Counted from the first letter of the stretch, positions 33,737 through 46,230 are shown. The stretch is 64,000 bases of DNA from Anolis carolinensis (GCF_035594765.1 NC_085845.1:157868897-157932896), one strand, 5' to 3'. Numbers and translations are program-made. Notes: a model not told the origin generated them from the letters alone.

Positions 33737-35771
33737 GTAAGTACAAAAAAGCAAACAAGTTTATATCTAGAAGATCAATGCTTACAATTTACAAGACAGT
33801 AATAATGGATTGAATATGTAAACAACTTTTGTATACATGTGTTACAGTTCTACTTATCCGTTTCACCACTTAAAAGAACTCTATATTGGGGTGATTACTT
33901 AGATGACTGGGCAACACACATTTTGGTGCTTCAAATGTTAGACCTGTTTCTGGGTATGTTTGACCTGCTGATTCCAAAAATGGCACTACTTTTCCAATAT
34001 TAACTCTAGATTTTTGAGATATGGAACATATGCCATATACCAGTCTGCTTGCCCATAGAAAATAATGATAACCACATCCAAGAAACTAAAGTTGATGCAG
34101 TCTATCCAGTGTCCTTTTCTGAACTAGCGCCTCAAATAATGCCATGAACAGACCTAAAAATTGAGATAACATATTTTTTTGACTGTGTAATTATTTGGAG
34201 TGGTGTCTTGTTATGAACTGAATAAAAGCAAAACAAATATACTCTTATAAATAGAATCAAAAGACAAGCTTATTTTTTTATGGGAAAGGGGGTTATGATT
34301 TTAAAAATATACAGAAACAAAAACATTCTTTTTGAATGCATAGCTTAATGTAGTAAAGGGTTTTGTGTATGTCAGGAAAACTCAGAATAATACTGTCCAG
34401 AGACTAAACACCATTAAGAGCCTATACTCCCAAAAGTATAATCTATTGTGTTGCACTCCAAGAGATGATGTGCTCATCTCTCTTCAGGGAGTAATGGCTT
34501 TAAGCAAGGAAACACTGATCTGTTAAGCAGATACTTGGGCTCAGCCACTTGGTATTCAGGCCAAGGGCTTTGCTGTGTTTTTGTTGGCTGTACTTCAGCC
34601 ATTGTGAGCATAGTCACCAGGTGTGTCTTTTTAGCAATATCCCAGAGACAAGAAAGCACCAAGAAGAAAAGCAGGTTGTTCTCTTGTAACTGTGGTTCTT
34701 TGAGTGGTCATCTGTGGACTCATACAAAACCTGCCCACCTCCCCTCTCTCACTGTGCTTTAAGTTCTTGGTTGTTGGCCTTGCTGGTGGACATGGAACAA
34801 AGGGTGCATCCAGACAGCCCCTTAAAAGTGTGAGCACCCACATTTTTACATGGGCACCCAAACAACATCCCACGTAAAAGTGAATGCATTTGGCACAAAG
34901 CAAGAAAAACTCTGCTTTGTGCTGAATTAACCTGATACTGGAAAGACCTGGGTCTTTCTAAAAGCAAAGTAAAAGGCAAGTAAAATAACTTACCCAGCTG
35001 CAAATCTCCTTTTTCTGGTGCGTAGAAATGATGTACCAGGAGGAGGAAAATAGCTTTTGCCCCCTTCTCCTGGCATGTCATTTCTACATGCCAGGAGAGT
35101 TCCGGAGAAGGAGGAATGGTGGCCAGATAAGTTATTTTACTCCCCCCCCCACCATTTTAAGAGGTTTTGGGGAGAGGGTGTTAGTGTCTCCCTGTCCTCT
35201 CAGAAGGTTCTGGAAGGGCATGTGGACACTCCCCCCAAAGCAAACAGTTTCTGCAGCGTGTGTGGATTTTAATCCAAGTACAATGATGTTTAATCCGATT
35301 GCTCCCAGATTAAAGTGTTGTGCAGAATTTACAGACCAAATAAAGAGCAGCTTTGCACCATTAAACCCAAGGGATCAGGGATCACAAAACAATCTAGACT
35401 GAGACCAAAAACATTATTAAGAATGACAATGCTTATAGCTTTTTTAAAAAGCCTAACTGGCTGAAAAATGGAATTCTTCAAAACATTAGACAACAGTGAA
35501 GATAAATTAAAATAAATGTTGAGATGTTTACATTAAAATGAAGAACTTGGTAGGAGAGCTTTGTAATTTTACTGTTTTGGATTACAAATCCTAGAATAGC
35601 TTGCATGGCCAGTGACCATTTTGGGGGTGATTCTGGAATTTATAATATGTTTCTCTCTTTACTTTTGTTTCATTTTTGTTGTAATTTATTCAAGTGAAGG
35701 TTGAAGAAAACCTATATAATGAAATGTTAATAGATATATTTATGTTTGTCTCTGTGTTTGATATAATTTAG

Positions 35772-35913
35772 GTTTCACCACAAGACTTCTGTGAGAAAAT
35801 GTGGATCAATAATACCTACTTTTGGAATTATGAGTGTGATGCACTTTCTGCATATGTAGCATTGTGTAACAAACATAATATTTGCATTAAATGGAGAACA
35901 CCAGATTACTGTT
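35772..35913 (+). CDS. OTOGL: OTOGL exon (C8)
   Basis: DFCEKMWINNTYFWNYECDALSAYVALC..WRTPDYC. Confidence 0.95.
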
Positions 35914-35996
35914 GTAAGTGTGGGACTGTTTTCTCTGGGCACGAATTTTCTTTTTCTTAAATATGATTGAAACCTGTGATATAGTTATGTGAAAGG

Positions 35997-36317
35997 CCCT
36001 AGGTATTTTTCAAGTGTAGGCGAACAGAATTTTGGCACCCCCCCCCCCCCAAACCAATCACTGAAAAATAAAAGTGTTGGATATGCGAAAATGTTTGATA
36101 ATAAGGAGGGATTAAGGAAAAGCCTATTAAACATCAAATTACATTAAGATTGTACAAATTAAGCACCAACAAATCAATTTACAACAAATCAACAGAAAAA
36201 ACAGTTCAGTACCTTGCGGAGGCAGGCCGCAGGAGACAGGAGTTGGCTCGATGGCGCCCCCAACAAGATGGCACCACAGGCAACTGCCTAGTTGGCCTGG
36301 TGATTGAACTGTCTCTG
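35997..36317. mobile_element. Non-autonomous hAT element related to 8660-8952
   Basis: Shared 5' region of about 200 bp; 8-bp TSD GTGAAAGG at 35989-35996 and 36318-36325; left TIR partly lost. Confidence 0.75.
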
Positions 36318-37495
36318 GTGAAAGGGTTAGGAAAACATAACTTTTTTGAAATTTATAGTGGCATCTAATTAAAATGTGTGAATGAGTGATGTTGTTTTAC
36401 TCAGTCCTAACTTAACCATGGCAGCTTTTCTTTCCTTGGACCTTTGTACTATTAGTGTGCATGTCTAATTACATTCGTTGTCAGAACAGATTTGGGTACA
36501 AACTAAGATTCTTTTAATTATGAGGAATAGCTATTCTCACCACTGCTAGTGCACAATTGTAGATTTATTATGGTATTACAAATAGATAAATAGATGGGTT
36601 AAATTATTTTAAAAAACTCTTCTGCTTTAGAAAAAAAGTCCAAAGTTAAAGCTTAGCCAATTTTATCCAGAGCTTCACAAAGCTAGAAAATTGGAACCCA
36701 CAGCAACTCTTGAGGGAGAAAAATGGTTGTGATTCAGTCTAGCAAGAGAGCAAAGAGCTAAAGCCCTCATATGCCATAATAAGTATGTTTCTTATCTCTG
36801 TGTTAAATGTTCCCAGAAACGGGAAAATAGTGTGGTATTCAGGATGCTCAAGCCCTCTAAGACTAAGGTAATGGGGATTGAGCCTCCTGCAAATGATCGG
36901 ACAAAACTGGACCACCAAGATGCCATTTTAGTTGACCCTCCTCAGACCTAATAAGTCAGAAGTATCTCAGTGACAAAACACTACAAAATAATAAGGTGGC
37001 TATTACTGTTTAGTCTTCCAAGAAAGTAAAAGTTGTCTTCCATCTGTGGACTCTTACTTGAGTGTAAGCTACATGGAACAAATGAAGTCTTTCTAAATAC
37101 ACATTGTGCTTTTAAGATTCACCACATTTCAGAATGTTTCCTTGATAATAAATTAGAAAAGTAATGTACCACCTGCAGGTAGGTAGAAATAATAGCTGTA
37201 AGATGCATGTTGCATGTATGGTAACATGTAGCTTATTCCTGACAAGTCAGATTAAACAACTAAAGGAATTGCATTGAATGTATACTCTCTGCAATGCAAA
37301 GTCTTCCTTTAGAATAAAACCTTGCATACACAGCCAGCACCGACTTTCTTGGGGTTTCATGATTCGAATGCTTAGTAACTTTAGAGCAGCATTTTACTTT
37401 AGGAAATCAGTAGCTTTCAAAATGTGAGTGCAGTGGGACCTGCGATGCTTCCGCTGTTGGCATTACTTATGTTCCTCTATATGTGTGATATTTAG

Positions 37496-37681
37496 CACTC
37501 AATTGTCCTGAGGGGAAAGAATACCAGCCTTGTGTGCAACCCTGTGCTGCCAAAACATGTCTAAATAAGTGGTTTTATGAAGAATCGCCATGTTCCTACT
37601 TAAGAGAAGACTGTGTTTGTAAAAATGGGACCATTCTTCATAGAACAGCCTCTGACCTCTGCATTCCAGAAGAAAAATGTG
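37496..37681 (+). CDS. OTOGL: OTOGL exon (TIL)
   Basis: CPEGKEYQPCVQPCAAKTC..EDCVCKNGTILHR. Confidence 0.94.
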
Positions 37682-38703
37682 GTGAGTAAATCTATAACTA
37701 TGTAAGCAAAATTTTCTCCTATTAAGCCCAAGCATGCTTTATTTTCTTGTGGGACAGAGGCATGGTTTCTATCTCTGTCTTCTTTTTCCAAATAGTGTGA
37801 AATTATTCAACGGTTCAGTATATCTCCAGTTTTTGTATTCACTGTGAGGGGTATAGTTTCAGATCTGAGACTAAAATTACAATCTATGCTAATTTATTCC
37901 ACATAAATATCAATAACATTGAAGATTGTCTATTTTCAGTTTGTAATATTATTTTTGCAAGAGTCTTTGATTCATGCTGTGAACCAAGTTGAAACTTTAT
38001 TGATGTATTAATAGAAGACTGAATGAAGGACACGGAACACTACACGGTGTTATTATTTCTACAGTCTTTTTGTTGCTTAGGGAGCAGTTATTGTCAGTAC
38101 AGGCTTCCCAATTTTCATATTTTCTTTCCTAAAGTCTGTTGTATTAACAAAAGTTGAGTACATTTTATTAGAAATCAAACTCTGTTTTATTAATCTGTCT
38201 GTCACAGAGATATGTTTTAGAGTAATGTTGACCTTGTTGGCCTATAGCTTCCATCATCCTTTACCTTTGCAGGCTGAGACTTCTTTGAATTCAAATTTAA
38301 AATATATGGAAGACGAAAGCCTCCCCGCTTCTTTCTTAGTCATCATATTCTTTTGAATACCAGATGAATACTAGATGGTATTAATTTAGTATGATCCTTC
38401 TTAATTTTCACAATAATATAAAGATATTGATTCTTTTTATTACACTGCATATCAAATGGGTGATTCAACAAATGATATACTATTAACCATCTCTAGTCTG
38501 CAAAATAGATTGTTACATTTTGGATAATTTTCAAAGATAAAATTCCTCCTTATTATAGGAAAAATGCAAAGCCTTTGACTGGAGACTTCATATGGAAGTT
38601 TTCTGACATTTTGAAACAGATATGTATCACATGAAAATTATTTTTATATCATCTTTTTGTCTTGTGAATACTGACGGGATGTCATTATGTTTTGCATCCA
38701 TAG

Positions 38704-38916
38704 CCTGTACTGATAATGAAGGGCATCCTCACTCTGCTGGAGAGGTTTGGAATGGCTCCAAAAAAGGATGCTGCATGTACAAATGTTTGGAAAATGGGAG
38801 CATTATTTCTATAGAGCCTGAATGCAAAAAAGAGCCATCCCCAATATGTCAGCGGGAAGGAGAAGTGATTATTAATATAATCGAAGAAGGAGCTTGCTGT
38901 CCAAAGAAAATCTGTG
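38704..38916 (+). CDS. OTOGL: OTOGL exon
   Basis: CTDNEGHPHSAGEVWNG..CCPKKIC. Confidence 0.94.
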
Positions 38917-39473
38917 GTAGGTAATATTTATGAGCTGGTGTAACCTTCCAGAATTGATCTCTATGCAGAATGCAGTGAAACCTAAACTATTTGGCATGTT
39001 GCTTATGTTAAAGGAAAAATAATTTCTCATGGGTAAATTCATTTCTGAAGCTTTAGAGGGGGTGGGAAACTCTTTTGATGAGCTATGAAAATACTCCCCT
39101 GTGATGTCTTGGCCTTACCTTTTCCCTCCTCTGCTTCATTTCCTTGTTCAGTCTTCCCTTTAGTGTAGACTTCTCCATTTCTAGTTAGTTTGGGGGGTGG
39201 AGCTTCAAAGCCCCCCTAGAGTGCTGTCTCAGTTGGTTTGGCCCTTTTGCCTCAGAGCCTGCCTGAAAGGCTTTTCCCTCCCTTTTCTTTCGTATCAGAG
39301 ATTTAGAGGAGAAAGCCAGGATTTGTCTGGGTTCCTTGGCAATCCAGTCAGGTATTCTCAGCACTTACTACCAGTATTACCTGTACTACCATTATAGTTG
39401 AGACCAGTATTACCAATATAGTTAAAACTTGTACTACCTGTACTATCATAGCAAAGCACGTATTTTACCACCA

Positions 39474-39800
39474 ATTTATTTATTTATTTATTAGACTTGT
39501 ATACCGCTACTCCCAGTTTGGCTCGGAGCGGTTTACAGAAATAGATTAAAACAATCCACTTAGCTTTAAAATAACAATAAAAACAACAATAAAAGCAACA
39601 ATAAAAACAGACATAGCCCCGAGTTTTTCACCCATTGAAAGCTTGTTGGAAGAGCAAGGTTTGCAGGCTTTCCGAAAGGCAGGTAGGTCTCGGATAGTTC
39701 GAGTTTCAACTGGCAAGGCATTCCATAAATGAGGGGCTACAATCGAGAAGGCTCTCTGCCTAGTAGAAGACAAATGATAAGTCCGTATGTTAGGGACTTC
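39474..39800 (-). mobile_element. L2-clade LINE 3' fragment
   Basis: RAFSIVAPHLWNALP..FRK; (TAAA)n tail. Confidence 0.75.
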
Positions 39801-40112
39801 AAGAAAATAGTTTTATATTATTTTCATTTGCCTTTAAAGAGCCCTGGGTGGAGTTGACCTTTTGCCTTTTTGTTTCCAGTAAACTTGTTTTGGTTAACTT
39901 TACTCCTGTCTCAAGAGCCTTTATTTTCAGAACTAGATTTCATCAGAGGGTAACCGATAGCCACCGGGTATAGCCAGACATCATAGTTTTCCTTTTAACC
40001 CCGGCGTGCCATCACATCCCCTCATTCACCATTGAGGAGAGAAATAGTTGTTGAAGGAAGCACAAAATCAAACACCAATTTGATCATACTTGCTCATTGT
40101 GAGGGACTAGGT

Positions 40113-40247
40113 CAGTAGTTCTCAATCTGGGGTCTCAAGATGTTTTTGGCCTTCAACTCCCAGAAATCCCAACATCTGGTAATCTGGCTGGGATTTCTGG
40201 GAGTTGTAGCCCAAAAACATCTGCGCACCCCAGATTGAGAACCACTG
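40113..40247. mobile_element. hAT (Charlie-like) palindromic MITE
   Basis: CAGTAGTTCTCAA...TTGAGAACCACTG; TSD GACTAGGT/GACTAGAT. Confidence 0.85.
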
Positions 40248-40987
40248 GACTAGATAGAACTAGAACACATATGCAGATATGCAAAATGAAGGACATAAAT
40301 AGGCTGATCAAGGCCTGCTAGGACTTTCTTACCAAATTCTCTAGGATGCTTAAAATAGAATATGGAGAAGTCATTTGGCATTGCAAACCAACTTCTTAGA
40401 AGTGTGTGCAGAGATTATTTGGGATTTGGAGGTAAAGGTTTGGTTTCTCATTGTGCTATGACATTCACTGGGTAATGCTACACAAAACACTTCCTCTTAG
40501 CCTGATTTATCTCAAAATGGTGTTGTATGGTGAAGGTGAGGATGAAAACAGACAGGTATGGTGGAATGAAGGAAGGGGGAAGGAGTTATTACAAAGCATT
40601 CCAGAAAATAACAAGTGAACAGCCTAACCTTTGGCTTTCTAGCTGTGCACTGAGTTTCCAGCAATGGAGGAAGCTTTCCTAAGCATTTTTATGATTCTGC
40701 ACTACACTCACAGTTTTTTTTGTTGCTTCCATTGCAATGTGATCTGTAATATCTTAATTAGTTCTTCATGATATTGGCTGGCAATTTGAAATGATATCAC
40801 CATAATTGGTTCATGTCCTACATTTATTTTGTGTAAATACAAATTGCTTCAATATGCAACAAGACTGAATCCTGAAGTTTATTAAATCTATATTAAAATC
40901 TTTCATTTTCCTTTGAAAAATTTTCATTTACAGAAGAGTGTTGGGTATGATTGCACTTAAAGACCCGGTCTTTGTTTTTATTTTTAG

Positions 40988-41092
40988 AATGCAACATGAC
41001 CTTGTGTGACTCTATCATACCAAAGTGCAAAAGTACAGAAAAACTGACAGCTGTGTACAGACCATATTACTGTTGTCCTCAGTACAGATGTG
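40988..41092 (+). CDS. OTOGL: OTOGL exon
   Basis: CNMTLCDSIIPKC..CCPQYRC. Confidence 0.92.
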
Positions 41093-41204
41093 GTAAGTGA
41101 CAAATTGAAAGTATTATTTGAGAAATATTGTTTATCTAAACATGCAGAATGCTTTTGAACACAAATTAATATACTGCATTTTACAAGAGATTTTTTTGGT
41201 TCAG

Positions 41205-41312
41205 ATTGTGACCCATCAGCATGCCCAAATGCTTCCCGCCCAGAATGCAGAGAAGATCAGTTTATTGTTGAAGCAAAACAGGAAGATCCTTGCTGTTTCT
41301 CCTATTTGTGTG
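41205..41312 (+). CDS. OTOGL: OTOGL exon
   Basis: CDPSACP..PECREDQF..PCCFSYLC. Confidence 0.92.
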
Positions 41313-41687
41313 GTAAGAAGCCTTTCCTTTCTTGACAGTTTTCTGAATAAACAAGGAATGGTAGAATATCAATGAATAAAGCAAATGTAGACTTTACTGT
41401 GTCAAATGGATTACAAAATATCATTGCAGGTGGAATGCTGGTGCTTTTAACAGTGTGCACACATTTGTTTTCTTCTGTGCCCCACAAAAGTTGTGATTTT
41501 TAAGTCTGTTTTGGACAATTTAGCTATTTAAACACTTCTAGTTGTGAAATAAATGGGATTTATGTAAGGCTCATTAATTTCAGTACTCTGTTTGGTACTA
41601 AAATTGGATTTGATTTGTGGTAGCCTGATTGATTGCTAAGTGGCAGTTCAGAGGAATATTAAGTAAATGGGTTCCTGGTTATACACC

Positions 41688-41784
41688 AAACTAATAAATA
41701 TCCTGAAGTACAATGATATGCACTGGTAAGTGCATTGACCATTTACCAGTGCGTATCGTTGTACTTCAGGGTATATATTAGTTT
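41688..41784. repeat. 97-nt inverted repeat (45-bp stem, 7-nt loop)
   Basis: aaactaataaatatcctgaagtacaatgatatgcactggtaagtg / catttaccagtgcgtatcgttgtacttcagggtatatattagttt. Confidence 0.9.
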
Positions 41785-42739
41785 GCAGTTCAGGGGAAGC
41801 CAGAAGTACTTGGTCTCTCATCAGAACAATGGAACATCATTTTGCTTTCCTCCTTCTGTCCTGCAGCCTAAAGGAATGGCTGCCACTGCCTGACATTTGG
41901 AGATAACCAAAGAAATTTGATCTATTAGGAGAGTCTCACTTATCTTCTCCATCTTTCTTCTGCACCCTGAGTGGCTATTGCTAGGTAACAGACATGGGAA
42001 GCCAGAGATAACTGCACCTATCAGCAGAGGGGATAAAGTGTCCTGCTGCTCTTTGCTTCATCTATCCTGAAGCCAGTGGAAATGGCTTGGAGACCAATAG
42101 AAATTGTGATGGCCACAAAATGCATGCCACCAAATGTGTGCTGCAGCACACATTTTAGGGTATAAAATGCATTTTAAAAGTTGCAGGAAATTCCAAACTC
42201 AACTAAATAATGCACTGCAGCAGTATTTCTCATATCCGAGGTGAAAGTGATTATCTCCACTCCTACCTGTCACTTTCCCTTTTTTCCCTATCCCATATGC
42301 CTCCAATGAGGGGCGGGCTGCTTCCTAGAAGCCCTGCCTCCCAGTGAGTCTCCCTTCTGGAGGGAGGTGGCAAAGCCACTTCCCTCCCCCTGCTCCGTGG
42401 AGGGGGGAGGGGGTTGATTAAAAGAGAAAAAACCTTACTGTGCCATGATTAAGCCTCTCTGGACTAAGGAGTGATTCCCCCCACCTCCTGGTGCATCATT
42501 GGTACAGTCTAGGAAGCTCCAGAGAGGCCTAATAGTGGCACAGTAAGGTTTTCTTCTCTTTCAAGGCTTTGGGGGGGGGCTGGGGGTGCCCTCTTAGCTT
42601 CTCTGGTCTCATGGAATCCAAAGAAGCGAATTGGGCTGTGGGGACAGACTACTGGAATTGCAGAAGCAGCCCCAGTAGTCTGTCCCCACAAGGCCCATAT
42701 CTCATTAGAACTGGGCCTTTCAGAAAGACCCGGATCTAA

Positions 42740-43326
42740 TGGGCTATCTAACTCATTCAGCACAAAGCATAGCTATTCAAAGACACGCATCACTTCAGGC
42801 CTCTCCACTCAGACTAGGGCATCCTCTTAAAGGCCGTCAGGATCTAGCTTCAGGAATAGGCAGCAGGGTAAGCCCAAACTCCCTGTTCATGACACATTAC
42901 AAGATGGATGTGGCATACCGGAAGGGTACGACCTTTGGAAAAATTGTCTTCCTGTTGTTGGTGGCATGACACTCGCCATCCAAGGTCATTGGCTTGCTAG
43001 TCTACCATGTGTGCAAGTTTCACAGAGACCACAACGACAAATGTATGGTTTCTTACCTGTATCCGTGTTTCTTTGAGTGATCATCTGAAATTCACACAGC
43101 CCTGCCTATCCTCCCTGCTTCCAGTCATGCCTTCGTCCTTGGCTGCTATAGGCGGCAAAGGAACTGAGGCTACAACCCCTTCCACCAGCTATATGCATGA
43201 TGGGGAGAGTTGGCAGCACCATAGGCTTAAAGGGATTCTGAGGCTTACTTCACAGGCAAGTACCATATGTGCAAATTTCACAGATGACCACTCAAAGAAA
43301 AACAGTTACAGGTAAGCAACCATACA
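42740..43326 (+). mobile_element. Decayed DIRS 3' remnant (YR C-terminus, ICR, right ITR)
   Basis: THSAQS..FMTHYKMDV..TFGKIV resembles RSTRS..FVSHYRLDS..AFARSV; 43042-43098 is complementary to 43268-43326, which ends GTTACAGGTAAGCAACCATACA. Confidence 0.8.
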
Positions 43327-43640
43327 TTACTTTTGTTCAGAAACTGCAGATTGGAAAATCAGTAAAGTGACTATGGATGGACAGATATAAATGTAATTGC
43401 AAATTGAAAAGTGGCTTTCAGGAATAGGGCAGAGAAGTAAATGGAATTTCAAAAAATTAATAAAAGACATATAATTAAATATTAGTATAAAGTTGATGTA
43501 CCTGCAAAATATGTTTGAAGTATTCAGTAAAAAAGAAGCCAATTTGTAAATGATGGTGACCAATTGGGAAGATAAACAGAGACGTTATAGAACTATCAAG
43601 AAACAAATGTTACATATGTTTAAATTATATTATCTTGCAG

Positions 43641-43742
43641 TTTGTGAATCCTGCATCGAACCTATCCCACTATGTAATGAAGGAGAAATTATCACTGTAG
43701 ATCGTAGCACTACACACTATTGTTGCCCTCACTACCACTGTG
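43641..43742 (+). CDS. OTOGL: OTOGL exon
   Basis: CESCIEPIPLCNEGE..CCPHYHC. Confidence 0.93.
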
Positions 43743-44547
43743 GTATGGTTTGCTTTGTTTAAATTCTAAATCTATGTTTTAAATTTTATGAAGAGATGAA
43801 AATGACTGTTGTTCTTTTTTGGGAGGGTGGCAGGGGGAAGATAGCATTCACTGAATGATACCAACTGCTATGGTACTTGCTTTTTTGTAGAATATAAAAA
43901 GAATGACATTTTGGGAAGAATTGAAAGGCATAGTCATGCTAGTATGGAATATCAGTGTGCAAAAGGGTCATGTAGCACCTTAGAGAGAACAAAGTTGGTA
44001 GCAAAAGCTTTTGTAGATTATGTGTGCTTCCTCAAATGCATGTAACAACATGTCTAATAGAAACAGACCTTTATGGGCAGGCTGTGTCTGAATAACCTAA
44101 AGACAACATCTTTATTTCTGTCTTGTTCCCCCAACAGCCGTCATTACTATTGAACTTGTCCATAAATGTGTGTTTTACATTTCTATGATCACACATACAC
44201 AGCATCCGAAGAACAAAAAACCCCACAATATCCACATCAGCAGAGTTTTTCAGTTTTTATATCTGAAACAACTGTCTCCTATGTTACCCAGCATGAATCT
44301 GTATGTGAAGGGATATTTTAACAGTAATTTTTTGTTATGACCGAGAAAGAGGGTTTTTCATGTAAAAAAGCCCCCCCCCCCAAAAATCCACCAGGGATAT
44401 CAAATCTCTTAGGTGTGGTTAAAACAGCTCTTTTAGTTTTTAAGGCAACTAAAATAACAAAAACATAGGGGAAATTTGGGTGCTAAATTAATTTTCCATT
44501 TGAAACCATGAGAATAATCTCAAAGTACTCCATTTCTCTTCCTGTAG

Positions 44548-44652
44548 TCTGTGATGAAGCTCTCTGTCGCTTACCTCTGCTGAATTGTTCTGCTGATATG
44601 AAACTGGTGAAGAAAAGAGTACCTGGACAGTGTTGCCCAGACTGGACCTGTG
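44548..44652 (+). CDS. OTOGL: OTOGL exon
   Basis: LPLLNCSADMKLVK..GQCCPDWTC. Confidence 0.92.
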
Positions 44653-44768
44653 GTACCATTTCTTTCTCTCCCAATTACTTGAATTATCCATTTATGACAT
44701 ATTTTTAATCTTATATGGTTATATTGATCTACTATTTTTCTCCTACCCATGCTCCTTTCTTTATGAAG

Positions 44769-44809
44769 ATTGTGACTGTGAAAATTTTACTGTACCAGCT
44801 TGCAAAGTG
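44769..44809 (+). CDS. OTOGL: OTOGL 41-nt exon
   Basis: CDCENFTVPACKV; phase 1-0. Confidence 0.88.
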
Positions 44810-44994
44810 GTAAGAAATGTTTGGTTTGGTTATTACTAAATTATATCCTTGCTTTTTTATTTTGCAGTTTTTTTGAGGCTGCATTTAATGTTAGATATGT
44901 GATTGTGTCATCGGATTATGCAGAATAAGTGATTGTGCACTCCCTCAAACCTAGACAGGATATATAAACAATGCATACACAACCTTTAATGCCT

Positions 44995-45895
44995 ACGAAA
45001 ATACGAGGCCGCTGACGCGGCCGCCTCGGGCGCTGGCCGCTAGGGGCGATGTCGAGGCGTCGACAGCGGCCCGTAGCGCCACCGACGCCTCCGGTGTTGG
45101 CGCGGCCGCGCGGGGCTTCAATCCCCGCGCCCGCGCCAAACCGCTGAAAACAGTATGCCATTTTGCCCTTAGTTGACAAACTAAGGGCAAAATGGCATAT
45201 CTGTGCTGTGCGCATGCGCACAGCACAGATAGGCCAGTTGGCCCTTACTTCCTGGTCGCGGCCGCCGATCGCCCGGGCGATCGGCGGCCGCGACCAGGAA
45301 GTAAGGGCCAAATGGGCTATCTGTGCTGTGCGCATGCGCACTGCCAGATAGGCCATTTTGCCCTTAGTCGACAAACTAAGGGCAAAATGGCCTACCTGGC
45401 AGTGCGCATGCGCACAGCACAGATAGCCCATTTGGCCCTTACTTCCTGGTCACGGCCGCCGATCGCCCAGCGGCCGCGACCAGGAAGTAAGGGCCAAATG
45501 GGCTATCTGTGCTGTGCGCATGCGCACAGCCAGATAGGCCATTTTGCCCTTAGTTTGTAGACTAAGGGCAAAATGGCCTATCTGTGCTGTGGGCGATCGG
45601 CGGCCGCGACCAGGAAGTAAGGGCAAAAAGGCCTATCTGGCTGTGCGCATGCGCACAGCACAGATAGGCCATTTTGCCCTTACTTCCTGGTCGCGGCCAG
45701 GGCACGCTGGACGGGGGGCGGGGCCAACTCTGGCCCCGCCCCCAGCACTATTCGCCCTGGCCCCGCCTCCCACGCAGCATGGGAGGCGGGGCCATTGCAT
45801 GCTGGGCGGGGCCAGGGCGTGGGAGGCGGGGCCGGTGGCGGGGGCGCTTTTTAGCACCCCCGCTTAACATTTAAAAATATCTCCGGCCGGCCCTG
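44995..45895. mobile_element. GC/CpG-rich insertion containing a nested palindrome array; hAT-like right end
   Basis: Ends GGCCGGCCCTG, the reverse complement of the CAGGGCCGGCC hAT end at 8660; no left TIR or TSD found. Confidence 0.6.
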
Positions 45896-46166
45896 TTTGA
45901 TATTGTTGTAGTTTGCTTATCTTGGCCAAAATACATCAGGGGATATCTGTTGATGAAACCACTTCCATCAGCAAACGTGTGTGTCGGGAGGATCATCCCT
46001 GTCTATTCACCCCCAAACCCCCAGGAGCTGCTTTCATTTGTACTAGTATGTGTCTTTGGCCTTTAGAGTTGGTTAAGCATTTTTCTTTTGGGTGAAATTA
46101 CAGTTTTGTGCTTATATAGGATTGGACATACTGCACATAATGCTAAAATATTTTTAAATGTTGCAG

Positions 46167-46230
46167 GGAGAAATTCAGAAAATAGATTCTAATGTTTCTG
46201 GCATGTGTGGATGCCCTCAGTACATTTGTG
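46167..46230 (+). CDS. OTOGL: OTOGL exon
   Basis: GEIQKIDSNVSGMCGCPQYIC. Confidence 0.88.

Noticed and set aside
45154-45700. CRISPR-like reading of the palindromic repeats, and of 50044-50655
   Set aside because: No unique spacers, no cas genes, and the context is a vertebrate intron.
44916-45874. Repetitive ORFs (AVRMRTAQ / CCAHAH) on both strands
   Set aside because: They are by-products of a GC-rich palindromic array with few stop codons and have no splice-phase support.
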